Origin: an uncultured virus (IMG/VR IMGVR_UViG_3300042346_000356)
Taxonomy: Duplodnaviria > Heunggongvirae > Uroviricota > Caudoviricetes
Strand: one strand, 5' to 3'
IMG/VR virus record: IMGVR_UViG_3300042346_000356
DNA: 64,000 bases
Below are positions 1 to 9,077 of the stretch, in pieces. The stretch's first letter is position 1. Each line of letters begins with the position of its first letter. Below the pieces are notes generated by a model. It saw only the letters and a list, made by a program, of their open reading frames with translations. It searched no databases and was not told the origin of the DNA. The position numbers and the translations under genes are program-made.

Positions 1-25
1 TAACTTCAAGCGCCGTGCATCAAGA

Positions 26-1480
26 ATGTCAAAGGCTGAAGCAACACCAGCATATTTAGATTCTGCAAATGCCGTAAGCACAGGAATTGACGGGGCTAAG
101 TCAAAAGAAATTAATCCTGGAATGCTCTATAGAAATGGTTACGGACTATTTGATGTAATTACACCACCCTGGAATGTTTACGAACTTGCAAGTTTCTATG
201 ACACATCTTTTGCTAACCACGCTGCGATTGATGCAAAAGTAGAAAACATTGTCGGTCTTGGATATGACTTTGAGGTATCACCAAGAACAATGCTAAAACT
301 GGAGTCTTCTACTGATTCTGGAGCAACAGACAGAGCACGTAAAAGAATTGAAAGAGCAAAGATTGAGTTGACGGATTGGCTAGAGTCTTTAAATGATGAA
401 GACTCATTTACCTCTACAATGGAAAAAGTTTTTACAGATATGCAGGCAATTGGAAATGGATATCTTGAAATTGGTAGAACAGTCAAGGGTGAGATTGGCT
501 ATGTAGGTCACATTCCAGCAACAACAATGAGAGTTCGTAGACTTCGTGATGGATTTGTTCAGGTTATTGGAAACAAAGTGGTTTACTTCCGTAACTTTGG
601 TGCAAAGAATCAAAACCCAGTAACGGATGATCCAAGACCAAATGAGATTATTCATTTTAAGCAATATTCTCCACTAAATACTTTTTATGGAGTTCCAGAT
701 ATTATTTCTGCAATCAGCGCTTTGCATGGTGACTCTCTAGCATCACAATACAACATTGATTATTTTCAAAATAAAGCAACTCCAAGATATGTTGTAACTC
801 TTAAAGGTGCAAAGTTGTCAGCAGATGCAGAAGATAAAATGTTTAGATTCTTACAGACTGGTCTTAAAGGACAAAACCATAGAACACTCTACATTCCGCT
901 TCCTGGAGATTCAGAAAATAACAAGGTTGATTTTAAGATGGAGCCTATTGAAAATGGTGTTCAAGAGGGATCCTTTAAGGAATATCGTAAATCAAATAGA
1001 GATGACATCCTTGTAGCGCATCAAGTCCCTCTTTCAAAATTAGGTGGCTCTGACTCTTCTGCAATTGCCTCTGCATTGTCACAAGACCGCACATTTAAGG
1101 AGCAGGTTGCACGACCTGCACAAAGAAATTTAGAAAAAATGATCAATAAAATTATGCGTGAAAAGACAGATATCTTAGAATTTAAGTTCAATGAACTAAC
1201 CCTAACAGATGAAATTGCTCAGTCTCAGATCCTTGAAAGATATGTGAAGACTCAGGTAATGACTCCAAACGAAGCAAGAATTGCGCTCAGATTGCCACAG
1301 CGTGATGGCGGAGATAAGGTTCTTGACCTAAAGCCACAACAAGTTTCAAGTGACAATGCTAACCGTGACCGTGATGGGGAAAGAGTTAATAATCAGTCAG
1401 ACGGACCAGCCACGACCACTGGAAGAAATCCAAAGGGCGAGGGAAGAAAATCTGACGATGTGTCTGAATTGTCCAAATAG
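26..1480 (+). CDS. Portal protein (probably 5'-truncated; the frame is open from position 2)
   Basis: NEIIHFK...YGVPD and YFQNKATP motifs of HK97/PBSX-type portals; first gene of the head module. Confidence 0.9.
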   Translation: MSKAEATPAYLDSANAVSTGIDGAKSKEINPGMLYRNGYGLFDVITPPWNVYELASFYDTSFANHAAIDAKVENIVGLGYDFEVSPRTMLKLESSTDSGATDRARKRIERAKIELTDWLESLNDEDSFTSTMEKVFTDMQAIGNGYLEIGRTVKGEIGYVGHIPATTMRVRRLRDGFVQVIGNKVVYFRNFGAKNQNPVTDDPRPNEIIHFKQYSPLNTFYGVPDIISAISALHGDSLASQYNIDYFQNKATPRYVVTLKGAKLSADAEDKMFRFLQTGLKGQNHRTLYIPLPGDSENNKVDFKMEPIENGVQEGSFKEYRKSNRDDILVAHQVPLSKLGGSDSSAIASALSQDRTFKEQVARPAQRNLEKMINKIMREKTDILEFKFNELTLTDEIAQSQILERYVKTQVMTPNEARIALRLPQRDGGDKVLDLKPQQVSSDNANRDRDGERVNNQSDGPATTTGRNPKGEGRKSDDVSELSK

Positions 1481-1511
1481 TAAGATATTGTAAAAAAGGG
1501 CTTATAATATA

Positions 1512-2879
1512 ATGGTGAACAGTATATCTAAAGCCCATTGGAGTTCAGATGGGGAAAATGTCCGTCTCTCAATGCCTTTAACAAAAGTCGACAAAGAGCG
1601 AAGAATCGTATCTGGATTTGCATCACTTGATAACCTAGACAAGCAAGATGACATTGTCACAGCAGAAGCATCAATGGATGCGTTTGCAAAATTCCGAGGT
1701 AACATTAGAGAAATGCATCAGCCACTAGCAGTAGGTAAGATGGTATCATTTAAAGAAGATAAGTATTTTGATCCAGAAACAAAGAAGTTTTATAACGGAG
1801 TATTTGTATCAGCATATGTTTCAAAGGGTGCACAAGACACTTGGGAAAAAGTTCTAGACGGAACACTAACTGGTTTTTCTATTGGTGGACGAATGAACAA
1901 GTGGGATGATGCTTATGATGAAAAATCAGATAAGTCAATTAGAGTTATTAAGGAATATGATTTAGTAGAGTTGAGTCTTGTTGATTCCCCTGCTAATCAA
2001 TTTGCAAATATTGTTTCAGTAGAAAAGGTTGATGGTATGGATATTATTAAGGGTGATGAAACAGTTTTAGAGAATGTGTTTTGGGATCAAGAGACTGGTC
2101 TCGTAATGGTTTCAGAAAATGAGTCAGAAGTTAGCCCAACAACAGGTGAGCAAATGACCAATATAGGGTTCGTTGAAAAAACGGATAGTGAAAAACTAAA
2201 TATGATAAAGTTCTTAGTTGATAGTGCTAAAGGCATTAATACTTCTAAGATGAACAAGGAGGAAAACCTTATGGCAAAAGCAACAAAAAAGACAACAGAA
2301 GAAATCGTTGAGAAGACAGATGTTGTAGCAGAAGTAGTTGAAACTATTGAAGCAGTTGAAGCAGTAGAGGTCGCTCCAGAGGCAGATGCAAAGGCAGATA
2401 CCGTAGAAGCAGAAGAAGAAACAACAGAGAAGGCTGCAAAGCCAGGATCTGCTGAAGAAACTCCTGAAGAAGATGCTAGTGAAACACCAGCAGATGAAGA
2501 AGCGGAAGATAAGAAGCCAATGGCATCAAAGTCAGATGAAGTAATTGCAGAGTCAATTGCTGAAATCAAGAATACTCTAACATCAGCCTTTAGCGATCTA
2601 GTATCAACAGTAAAATCTTTGCAGGCAGAAGTAGAACTTCTAAAGTCTTCAAAGGTAGATGTAGATACAGTAAAAGATTCATTTGAAGCAGTCGCAAAAG
2701 ACATCGCTTCAGCAAGAGTCGAATTTGACAAGTTTGGTAAGCGAGTAGACGCTGTTGAAGCAGACACGGCTTTCCGAAAGTCTGGTGATCTCGGCGAGAT
2801 TATCCAGAATCAACCTGAAATGGTTGAAAAATCCCTATGGGGCGGACGTTTCCTCAAAACAGCCGATCTATTCAATTAG
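1512..2879 (+). CDS. Prohead protease fused to an acidic coiled-coil scaffold
   Basis: REMHQ, TGFSIGG and ELSLVDSPAN protease motifs followed by an E/A-rich region; lies between portal and capsid. Confidence 0.88.
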   Translation: MVNSISKAHWSSDGENVRLSMPLTKVDKERRIVSGFASLDNLDKQDDIVTAEASMDAFAKFRGNIREMHQPLAVGKMVSFKEDKYFDPETKKFYNGVFVSAYVSKGAQDTWEKVLDGTLTGFSIGGRMNKWDDAYDEKSDKSIRVIKEYDLVELSLVDSPANQFANIVSVEKVDGMDIIKGDETVLENVFWDQETGLVMVSENESEVSPTTGEQMTNIGFVEKTDSEKLNMIKFLVDSAKGINTSKMNKEENLMAKATKKTTEEIVEKTDVVAEVVETIEAVEAVEVAPEADAKADTVEAEEETTEKAAKPGSAEETPEEDASETPADEEAEDKKPMASKSDEVIAESIAEIKNTLTSAFSDLVSTVKSLQAEVELLKSSKVDVDTVKDSFEAVAKDIASARVEFDKFGKRVDAVEADTAFRKSGDLGEIIQNQPEMVEKSLWGGRFLKTADLFN

Positions 2880-2902
2880 AAAATCACTTGGAGGTGAAAT
2901 AT

Positions 2903-4054
2903 ATGTCGGAAGAAATTAAGAAGAATCAGCCTGGAACAGCAGGTGAACTAGGCGGAACAGCGCCAGGACTTTATCAAGGACAAGGTGCATTCGCATCTGG
3001 ATCCGAGGCAGGTTCAAATATCCCTGGTAACTACACAGACGGTGGAGCAGTTGGAAACATTCCAAACGCAACATTTGGTGTAACATCAGGCGCAAATGCA
3101 GTAAATCCTTCAGGTGATACTGGAAGCGGTATTCTACGCCCTGAACAAGCACGTCGTTTTATTGACTACGTGTGGGATGCAACTGTATTGGCTCAGGATG
3201 GTCGCAAAGTGACCATGAGAGCAAACACCATGGAACTTGAAAAGGTTAACGTTGGTGAGCGTGTAATTCGTGCTGCTGCTCAGGCAGATGGCGCATACAC
3301 AAATGCTGGTGCAACATTCTCAAAGGTGGAACTTACAACAAAGAAGATCCGTCTTGACTGGGAAGTATCATCAGAAGCACTTGAAGACAATATCGAAGGA
3401 GCAGCACTTGAAGATCACGTCGTAAGATTGATGACAAATGCTTTTGCTAATGATATTGAAGATCTTGCCATTAATGGAACAGGTGCAGGATCAGACAACT
3501 TCCTTTCAATCATGAACGGTTTCGTAAACCGTGTCAAGACTGAGGGAGATGCACATGAATCTGTAGTCACCGTTGCTAACAACGCATGGACTCCAGAAGT
3601 TATGCAGAACATTATCCTAGCAATGCCACGTAAGTATCGTGCTATCAAGTCTAACTTGAAGTTCTATGCAGGAACAGATGCGTTCCAGGGTATTGTAAAG
3701 AACAACGGAACATTGGCAGATGCTATTGCAGAAGCCTTTGGTTCACATCCAGGCGCAGCAGGAACTCCTGCTATGCGTCAATCATACCTTGACGGAAACG
3801 CTCAGACATTGGGATCAGCACGAACAACTCGTGTTCTTGGAATCGATGTTCAAGAAGTTCCATACTACCCTGCAGGATATGTCGACTTGACATTCCCACA
3901 GAACCGTGTATGGGGATTCCAGCGTGACATCACTGTAAACCGTGAATACAAGCCAAAGAAGGATACTGTAGAATATACAGTCTTCGTCCGCTTCGGTATT
4001 CAGTGGGAAGAGCAGGATGCAATTGCATTCGCTGACGCTGCAGCAGACGCATAA
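2903..4054 (+). CDS. Major capsid protein (HK97 fold)
   Basis: GILRPEQARRF and EDNIEG...FANDIEDLAING motifs; GGAGG RBS before ATG 2903; strong codon bias. Confidence 0.92.
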   Translation: MSEEIKKNQPGTAGELGGTAPGLYQGQGAFASGSEAGSNIPGNYTDGGAVGNIPNATFGVTSGANAVNPSGDTGSGILRPEQARRFIDYVWDATVLAQDGRKVTMRANTMELEKVNVGERVIRAAAQADGAYTNAGATFSKVELTTKKIRLDWEVSSEALEDNIEGAALEDHVVRLMTNAFANDIEDLAINGTGAGSDNFLSIMNGFVNRVKTEGDAHESVVTVANNAWTPEVMQNIILAMPRKYRAIKSNLKFYAGTDAFQGIVKNNGTLADAIAEAFGSHPGAAGTPAMRQSYLDGNAQTLGSARTTRVLGIDVQEVPYYPAGYVDLTFPQNRVWGFQRDITVNREYKPKKDTVEYTVFVRFGIQWEEQDAIAFADAAADA

Positions 4055-4074
4055 TCTGTAAACAGTAAATATTA

Positions 4075-4106
4075 GGGGAGTAGGAGTTAACGCTCCTACT
4101 CCCTTT
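4075..4106 (+). terminator. Intrinsic terminator after the capsid gene
   Basis: 11-bp stem GGGAGTAGGAG/CTCCTACTCCC followed by TTT. Confidence 0.75.
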
Positions 4107-4143
4107 AATAGTTTAATGATATAATACTAACAAGGAGGCTAAT

Positions 4144-4629
4144 ATGTCAGAAATTAATAATGAAAATGAGTCAACTCCTTTAGCAGTAGATCCTATTGTA
4201 GAATCTCCAGTTGTAGAAGAAGCAGTTGTGGAAGCGCCAGTCGTTGAAGCACCAGTTGTTGAAACAGTTGAAGAAGCACCAGTAGTTGAAGTTGCTCCAG
4301 AAGTTGAACCAGAAGCACCAAAGCAGGAAGTTGTAGAACGTCCAGTATACGGTGCAAGAGAAGAAGTTCAGGGAGTTGGAGTCACCGCAGGTGGCGCTAT
4401 TGGAACAACAGTTTCAGCACCAGCACCACGCAAGACTTTTGCTCAAAAGGATAAGCCAAAGGAAGAAAAGATTGCTCTATATTCAACCAAGAATGTTACT
4501 TGGGCTGAAGTTGGCAAGGTTTATCGTGGATACAACATTGTTCCAGTATCTGCTGCAGACAAGTGGCTCACTCGTGACCACGTTCGTGTAGCAACACCAG
4601 AAGAAGTTGCGAAGGAATTCGGTAAGTAA
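4144..4629 (+). CDS. Head-associated hypothetical protein with acidic VVEAP repeats
   Basis: AGGAGG RBS, upstream TGATATAAT, low-complexity N-terminus. Confidence 0.7.
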   Translation: MSEINNENESTPLAVDPIVESPVVEEAVVEAPVVEAPVVETVEEAPVVEVAPEVEPEAPKQEVVERPVYGAREEVQGVGVTAGGAIGTTVSAPAPRKTFAQKDKPKEEKIALYSTKNVTWAEVGKVYRGYNIVPVSAADKWLTRDHVRVATPEEVAKEFGK

Positions 4630-4632
4630 TCC

Positions 4633-5550
4633 ATGGAGATGTTGAGAGTTCCGCCATATGATGATATTGTAGTAACCTTTGTAGTTCCTTCCTCTGGAAG
4701 TAACCCAAGAGATTTCTATGCAAATATAACAGATATGGCGGATCTTTCAGTCACAACAGAAAACTTTTTTGGAATGTCAACTGGAGAAAATATCAACATT
4801 ACTCTTCCAGGAAGATATGATAATAATTACAGGGTAGAGATTTATAGGATTAGTGAATCAGACGAACTTGTATACGAAGAATACTACGAGTTAATCCGAC
4901 CATATGTAGACCCAAACACATTAGGAACAACAGCATCAGAGATTGCTGAATACACAACATTAGAATTAGTAGCAAGGTCAATGATAGATACATTCTGTCC
5001 AGAAGGATTTTACAATAAAAAAGTTACAGTTATAGGCACTGGCAATGGGTCAGACTATTTTCCTTTATGGGAAAAAGTTTATAGAGTATTCAAGGTTTAT
5101 GAAAACAATGAATTAGTCTACGATAGAGCAACTCCAGAATTAAATAAGTATGAATATGCGATCACTGCAGATAAGACCGCTATACAGAAGGTTTCTTCAG
5201 ATCAACTAAACAGATATGAGTCAACCGCTCCAAACCTTCCTATTGGAAGAGGAGACCTTGGATATTATGGCTATGAGGGTGTTGGGTTTCCACAAGGTCA
5301 CGACTATACATTTATTGTTGACTACGGATACATAACAATTCCAGCAGACATTGAGTATGCAACAAAGTTACTCATTGAAGATCTTAAGTGTGGAAAGTTA
5401 GACTACTACAAGAGATATATAACATCCTACAACACCGACCAATTTAGAATTCAGTTTGATAAGGTAATGCTTAGTGGCACTGGTAATTTCCTAGTAGATA
5501 AGATACTTGACAAATATGTTAAGACCATTGTTAAGCCAGGGATAATTTAA
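4633..5550 (+). CDS. Head-tail adaptor (putative)
   Basis: Position; YGY..IPADIEYA motif typical of adaptors. Confidence 0.65.
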   Translation: MEMLRVPPYDDIVVTFVVPSSGSNPRDFYANITDMADLSVTTENFFGMSTGENINITLPGRYDNNYRVEIYRISESDELVYEEYYELIRPYVDPNTLGTTASEIAEYTTLELVARSMIDTFCPEGFYNKKVTVIGTGNGSDYFPLWEKVYRVFKVYENNELVYDRATPELNKYEYAITADKTAIQKVSSDQLNRYESTAPNLPIGRGDLGYYGYEGVGFPQGHDYTFIVDYGYITIPADIEYATKLLIEDLKCGKLDYYKRYITSYNTDQFRIQFDKVMLSGTGNFLVDKILDKYVKTIVKPGII

Positions 5551-5996
5551 TGATATGCGAATCAACCGATTTTATATTTCCGATGCAAGCAGATATTTTT
5601 TATCCTATTGTTGAGCAAGGTGCATATGGAAATGTTAAAAAGCAATGGATTCAAGATAGGACTATAGCCTGTAACTTTAATGCTGCTGGATCAGCAACAA
5701 AAGAAGATGTTCTTCCAAACGTAAATATTACAGAAGAAAAACTATTAATTGGAAGATGCAAGACAGATCCAAGAATAGCCTCAACACAGGGCTCAAACTC
5801 AATCACAAATGTTATTGTTAGCAATGTTCAAGATAGAAATTGTAATCCAGTATACATTGAAACTTCTGGTCCAAGATCTGGCAAATCTACTATCTTTGAG
5901 ATTGCCAAGATAGAGCCATACATTGGGCCATTTGGAAGTGTAGAGTATTACAGCATAATTATACGTAGGTCTGAGAATCAGTCGGTAGACATATGA
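5550..5996 (+). CDS. Head closure/stopper protein (putative)
   Basis: Position, size, coupled start. Confidence 0.55.
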   Translation: MICESTDFIFPMQADIFYPIVEQGAYGNVKKQWIQDRTIACNFNAAGSATKEDVLPNVNITEEKLLIGRCKTDPRIASTQGSNSITNVIVSNVQDRNCNPVYIETSGPRSGKSTIFEIAKIEPYIGPFGSVEYYSIIIRRSENQSVDI

Positions 5997-6667
5997 TAAA
6001 AATAAAGTTTGATTCAAAGATGTTTAATAGAGAAATGAACAATATAATAAACTACTCCATCGGGTTCCTTGATGGCGCTCAAGCAGGTAAGATTCAGTTC
6101 ATGAGGGCCCTAGGAGAAGAGACTGCGCTATTGCTAGGAGAATTCATAGATGCCAATGCCAGAGTCTCTCCAGCGACCTTACAGCACGTTTATGAGTGGT
6201 ATCAGACTGGCAGCCCAGAGGCAAGATTATTTGATATTGTTTATGTGTCAAATTCAAAATCTATTAACTTTAAAACAAACTTTAAGCAGTCAACTACAAT
6301 CCAAAGTGGATCTAATACGCCATTTTATAATAAAGCCTCAATTATGGAAAGTGGACAGACGGTTGTTATCAAGCCAAGAAACTCAGATGTCCTATCTTTT
6401 GATGTAGATGGAGAGCAAGTTTTTACAAAGACACCAGTCATAGTAGAAAATCCAGGTGGACAGCAGGCTCAAAGAGGGTTTGAGAATGTTTGCAATATAT
6501 TCTTTTCAAGATACTTCACTCAATCATTTTTAAAGACAAGCAAGGTTGCAATGCACTTGAATAACCCAGTTGAGTTTAAGAGAAGTCTACAAGCAGGAAA
6601 AAGAAATGGCCGTGGCGCAGGATTAAAGGCTGGGTATAATTGGATGACTAAGGTAGGTGTAGCATAA
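5993..6667 (+). CDS. Neck/tail completion protein (putative)
   Basis: Position; VVIKPRN...ENPGG motif. Confidence 0.5.
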   Translation: MIKIKFDSKMFNREMNNIINYSIGFLDGAQAGKIQFMRALGEETALLLGEFIDANARVSPATLQHVYEWYQTGSPEARLFDIVYVSNSKSINFKTNFKQSTTIQSGSNTPFYNKASIMESGQTVVIKPRNSDVLSFDVDGEQVFTKTPVIVENPGGQQAQRGFENVCNIFFSRYFTQSFLKTSKVAMHLNNPVEFKRSLQAGKRNGRGAGLKAGYNWMTKVGVA

Positions 6668-7236
6668 TGGCAAATGACGACTTGTTAAATACACCAGTTC
6701 TATGGATAAATAAATATCTACAGGCAAAAATTCCGTTAATGACAGGGCTAGAACTACCATTCTTTCCATCCACCCCATCCACACTTGAGACTCTTCAGAA
6801 GGAGTTTCCACCAGGTGGGGCAATGGCTACGTGGGATAGACTTGTAAAAATGAATAGAACTGGTTTTCCACATATTAAGTGTGAACAATTAATGTATTAT
6901 TTCTATGCTCAAGGCTCAGAACCAATAATTACAATGGTAAAAATACAAGAAGCAGTTCTTAGACTAATGGACAGATTTGATGAAACGGCAGAAGAGTTAA
7001 ACGCTTGGTGCGCTAATAGACAAATACGGTTAGACGATGGATCCGTCATAGATAACATGTTCTATTTTCACAACTTCAAGGTCTACCAACTGGAAGAAAC
7101 CAGAGACATAATTGATTTTGGAACAGCCCGAACATATGGCGGAAACAAGATAATTATTGATTTTGACTATCACCACATGAACGATCTAATCCCATCTGGC
7201 CCAGAGCCAAGACAAGCCACAAAAACAATAATCTAA
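6667..7236 (+). CDS. Tail terminator protein (putative)
   Basis: Directly upstream of the major tail protein. Confidence 0.45.
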   Translation: MANDDLLNTPVLWINKYLQAKIPLMTGLELPFFPSTPSTLETLQKEFPPGGAMATWDRLVKMNRTGFPHIKCEQLMYYFYAQGSEPIITMVKIQEAVLRLMDRFDETAEELNAWCANRQIRLDDGSVIDNMFYFHNFKVYQLEETRDIIDFGTARTYGGNKIIIDFDYHHMNDLIPSGPEPRQATKTII

Positions 7237-7312
7237 TCATTAAAAAGGCTGTTATACTTATAACTGAGGAAACACGCCTACAATTTCAACAAAGAAAAAA
7301 GAGGTGAAATAT

Positions 7313-7933
7313 ATGGCATACACACGTGGTAGCAACGCTAACATTATCGTTGGCGCAGCAGCCCTCTTCACATACGAAGCAGGCACACTAACAGACACAG
7401 ACCTTCCAGCATACGTAGCAGGAACATCATTCAAGGAGACTCTCTCTAATGACTCTGATTTCCGTAACGTAGGTTACACAATGAATGGTTTGGAACTACA
7501 GTTCCAGCCAGACTTTGGTGAGGTTGCAGTTGACCAGGTTCTTGACGTTGCTAAACTTTTTAAGCAAGGCATGCAAGTTAACCTAAACACCACATTCGCA
7601 GAATCTACACTAGAGAATCTCCTATTTGCAATCGCAGGTAAGGATGCAGATCTAGCGTCAGTTTCAGGAAACCCAACACTTAATCTTTCAGCAGGAGACA
7701 TCGGCGAATGCCCTGTCGAACGTGGATTGGTTGCTGTAGGCCCAGGAACTGGAGACTGTGCAATTGGATCAGAATTGGAACGCATTTATGTTGCATACCG
7801 TGCACTCTCAATCGAGAATGTTTCAGTATCAGCAAAGCGTGACGAAGCGACAATGTTCGAAGTATCATTCCGTCTTCTTCCAAACGATGATGCGTCATAC
7901 GGTAAGATCGTAGACCGCACTATCCCAGCATAA
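7313..7933 (+). CDS. Major tail tube protein
   Basis: NIIVGAA, VGYTMNG and VDQVLD motifs; GAGG RBS; capsid-like codon bias; followed by a terminator. Confidence 0.85.
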   Translation: MAYTRGSNANIIVGAAALFTYEAGTLTDTDLPAYVAGTSFKETLSNDSDFRNVGYTMNGLELQFQPDFGEVAVDQVLDVAKLFKQGMQVNLNTTFAESTLENLLFAIAGKDADLASVSGNPTLNLSAGDIGECPVERGLVAVGPGTGDCAIGSELERIYVAYRALSIENVSVSAKRDEATMFEVSFRLLPNDDASYGKIVDRTIPA

Positions 7934-7951
7934 TACAACTTAATATGAGAA

Positions 7952-7980
7952 GCCCAACCCTTCGGGGTTGGGTTTTTCTT
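7952..7980 (+). terminator. Intrinsic terminator
   Basis: CCCAACCC-TTCG-GGGTTGGG followed by a T tract. Confidence 0.9.
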
Positions 7981-7996
7981 TTGGTATACTTATATA

Positions 7997-8680
7997 ATGG
8001 CCACAGAAGTTTATAAAACAAAAAATATGATTCTAGTTGATGATAGAGAACTAGAGTTGTCTCCATCAAAAATTAAATATCTTAGAATGATTATGAATTA
8101 TTTTGATAACGTTAGAAACTCTCAAGATGACATTGAGGCAATTACTCACCTGACAGAATGTGCTAGATTTGCAATGAAGCAGTTTTGTCCAGAAATAGCA
8201 GTGAGTCCAGAAGTTTTTGAAAACTATGTAGATATACATATGGTTTATGAGATACTAGATATTGCTGCAGGAATTAAAATAAATGAGCAGTCAGACGATA
8301 CTGTGAAAAAACAGGCAGTTAAAGGTGGAAGTGCTTGGGAAGATTTAGACCTAGCACAGTTAGAGGCAGAAGTATTTTTGCTGGGTATCTGGAAAGACTA
8401 TGAAGAACTAGAGAGATCTCTGTCTATGGCAGAACTAATGAAGACTCTAGAGGTAAGCCGTGAAGCAGATTATTCAAACAAAAAATTCTTAGCAGCAATG
8501 CAGGGGGTTGACTTAGATAAAAATACAAAGAAGAGCAATGCTTGGGAAGAAATGAAAGCAAGGGTATTTAGTGGTGGCGCATCAGGCGATCCAAATGATA
8601 TACTTGCATATCAAGGAACTAATGCTCAAAAGGCTGGTTTTGGTATTGGGATGGGCCTACAATACGAAAGAGTTGATTAA
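7997..8680 (+). CDS. Tail assembly chaperone, long (GT-like) form
   Basis: Between the tail tube and tape measure genes; N-terminal ~100 aa is paralogous to 8732..9049. Confidence 0.7.
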   Translation: MATEVYKTKNMILVDDRELELSPSKIKYLRMIMNYFDNVRNSQDDIEAITHLTECARFAMKQFCPEIAVSPEVFENYVDIHMVYEILDIAAGIKINEQSDDTVKKQAVKGGSAWEDLDLAQLEAEVFLLGIWKDYEELERSLSMAELMKTLEVSREADYSNKKFLAAMQGVDLDKNTKKSNAWEEMKARVFSGGASGDPNDILAYQGTNAQKAGFGIGMGLQYERVD

Positions 8681-8731
8681 AAATAGGCTCGATTATGGTA
8701 TAATTATTTTACTAACATGGGAGGCATTACA

Positions 8732-9049
8732 ATGGCAGAAAAAGCAAAAGATAAGAAGAAAGTTACATTAATCGACGGGACAGAAATTGCCGTTCAACCA
8801 CTAAAGATTTCACTTCTAAAACCATTTATGAAGAAGTTTGCAGAGTTGACTGGCGTAGCAGAAGATAACGAAAAGTCTATGGACGTTCTTCTAGAGTGTG
8901 TTCAAATTGCACTCAAGCAGTATAGTCCAGAACTTGCAGAAGATAGAGAGAAAATCGAAGATAACATTGACCTACCAACGGTTTATGAAATCATCGACGC
9001 AGCGTCAGGAATTCAACTTGGCGATTCAGCATCTCTGTTAAATATTTAA
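8732..9049 (+). CDS. Tail assembly chaperone, short (G-like) form
   Basis: GGGAGG RBS before ATG 8732; directly upstream of the tape measure gene. Confidence 0.7.
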   Translation: MAEKAKDKKKVTLIDGTEIAVQPLKISLLKPFMKKFAELTGVAEDNEKSMDVLLECVQIALKQYSPELAEDREKIEDNIDLPTVYEIIDAASGIQLGDSASLLNI

Positions 9050-9077
9050 AAAATAAAAAGTAAAGAGGGTGTGATGA

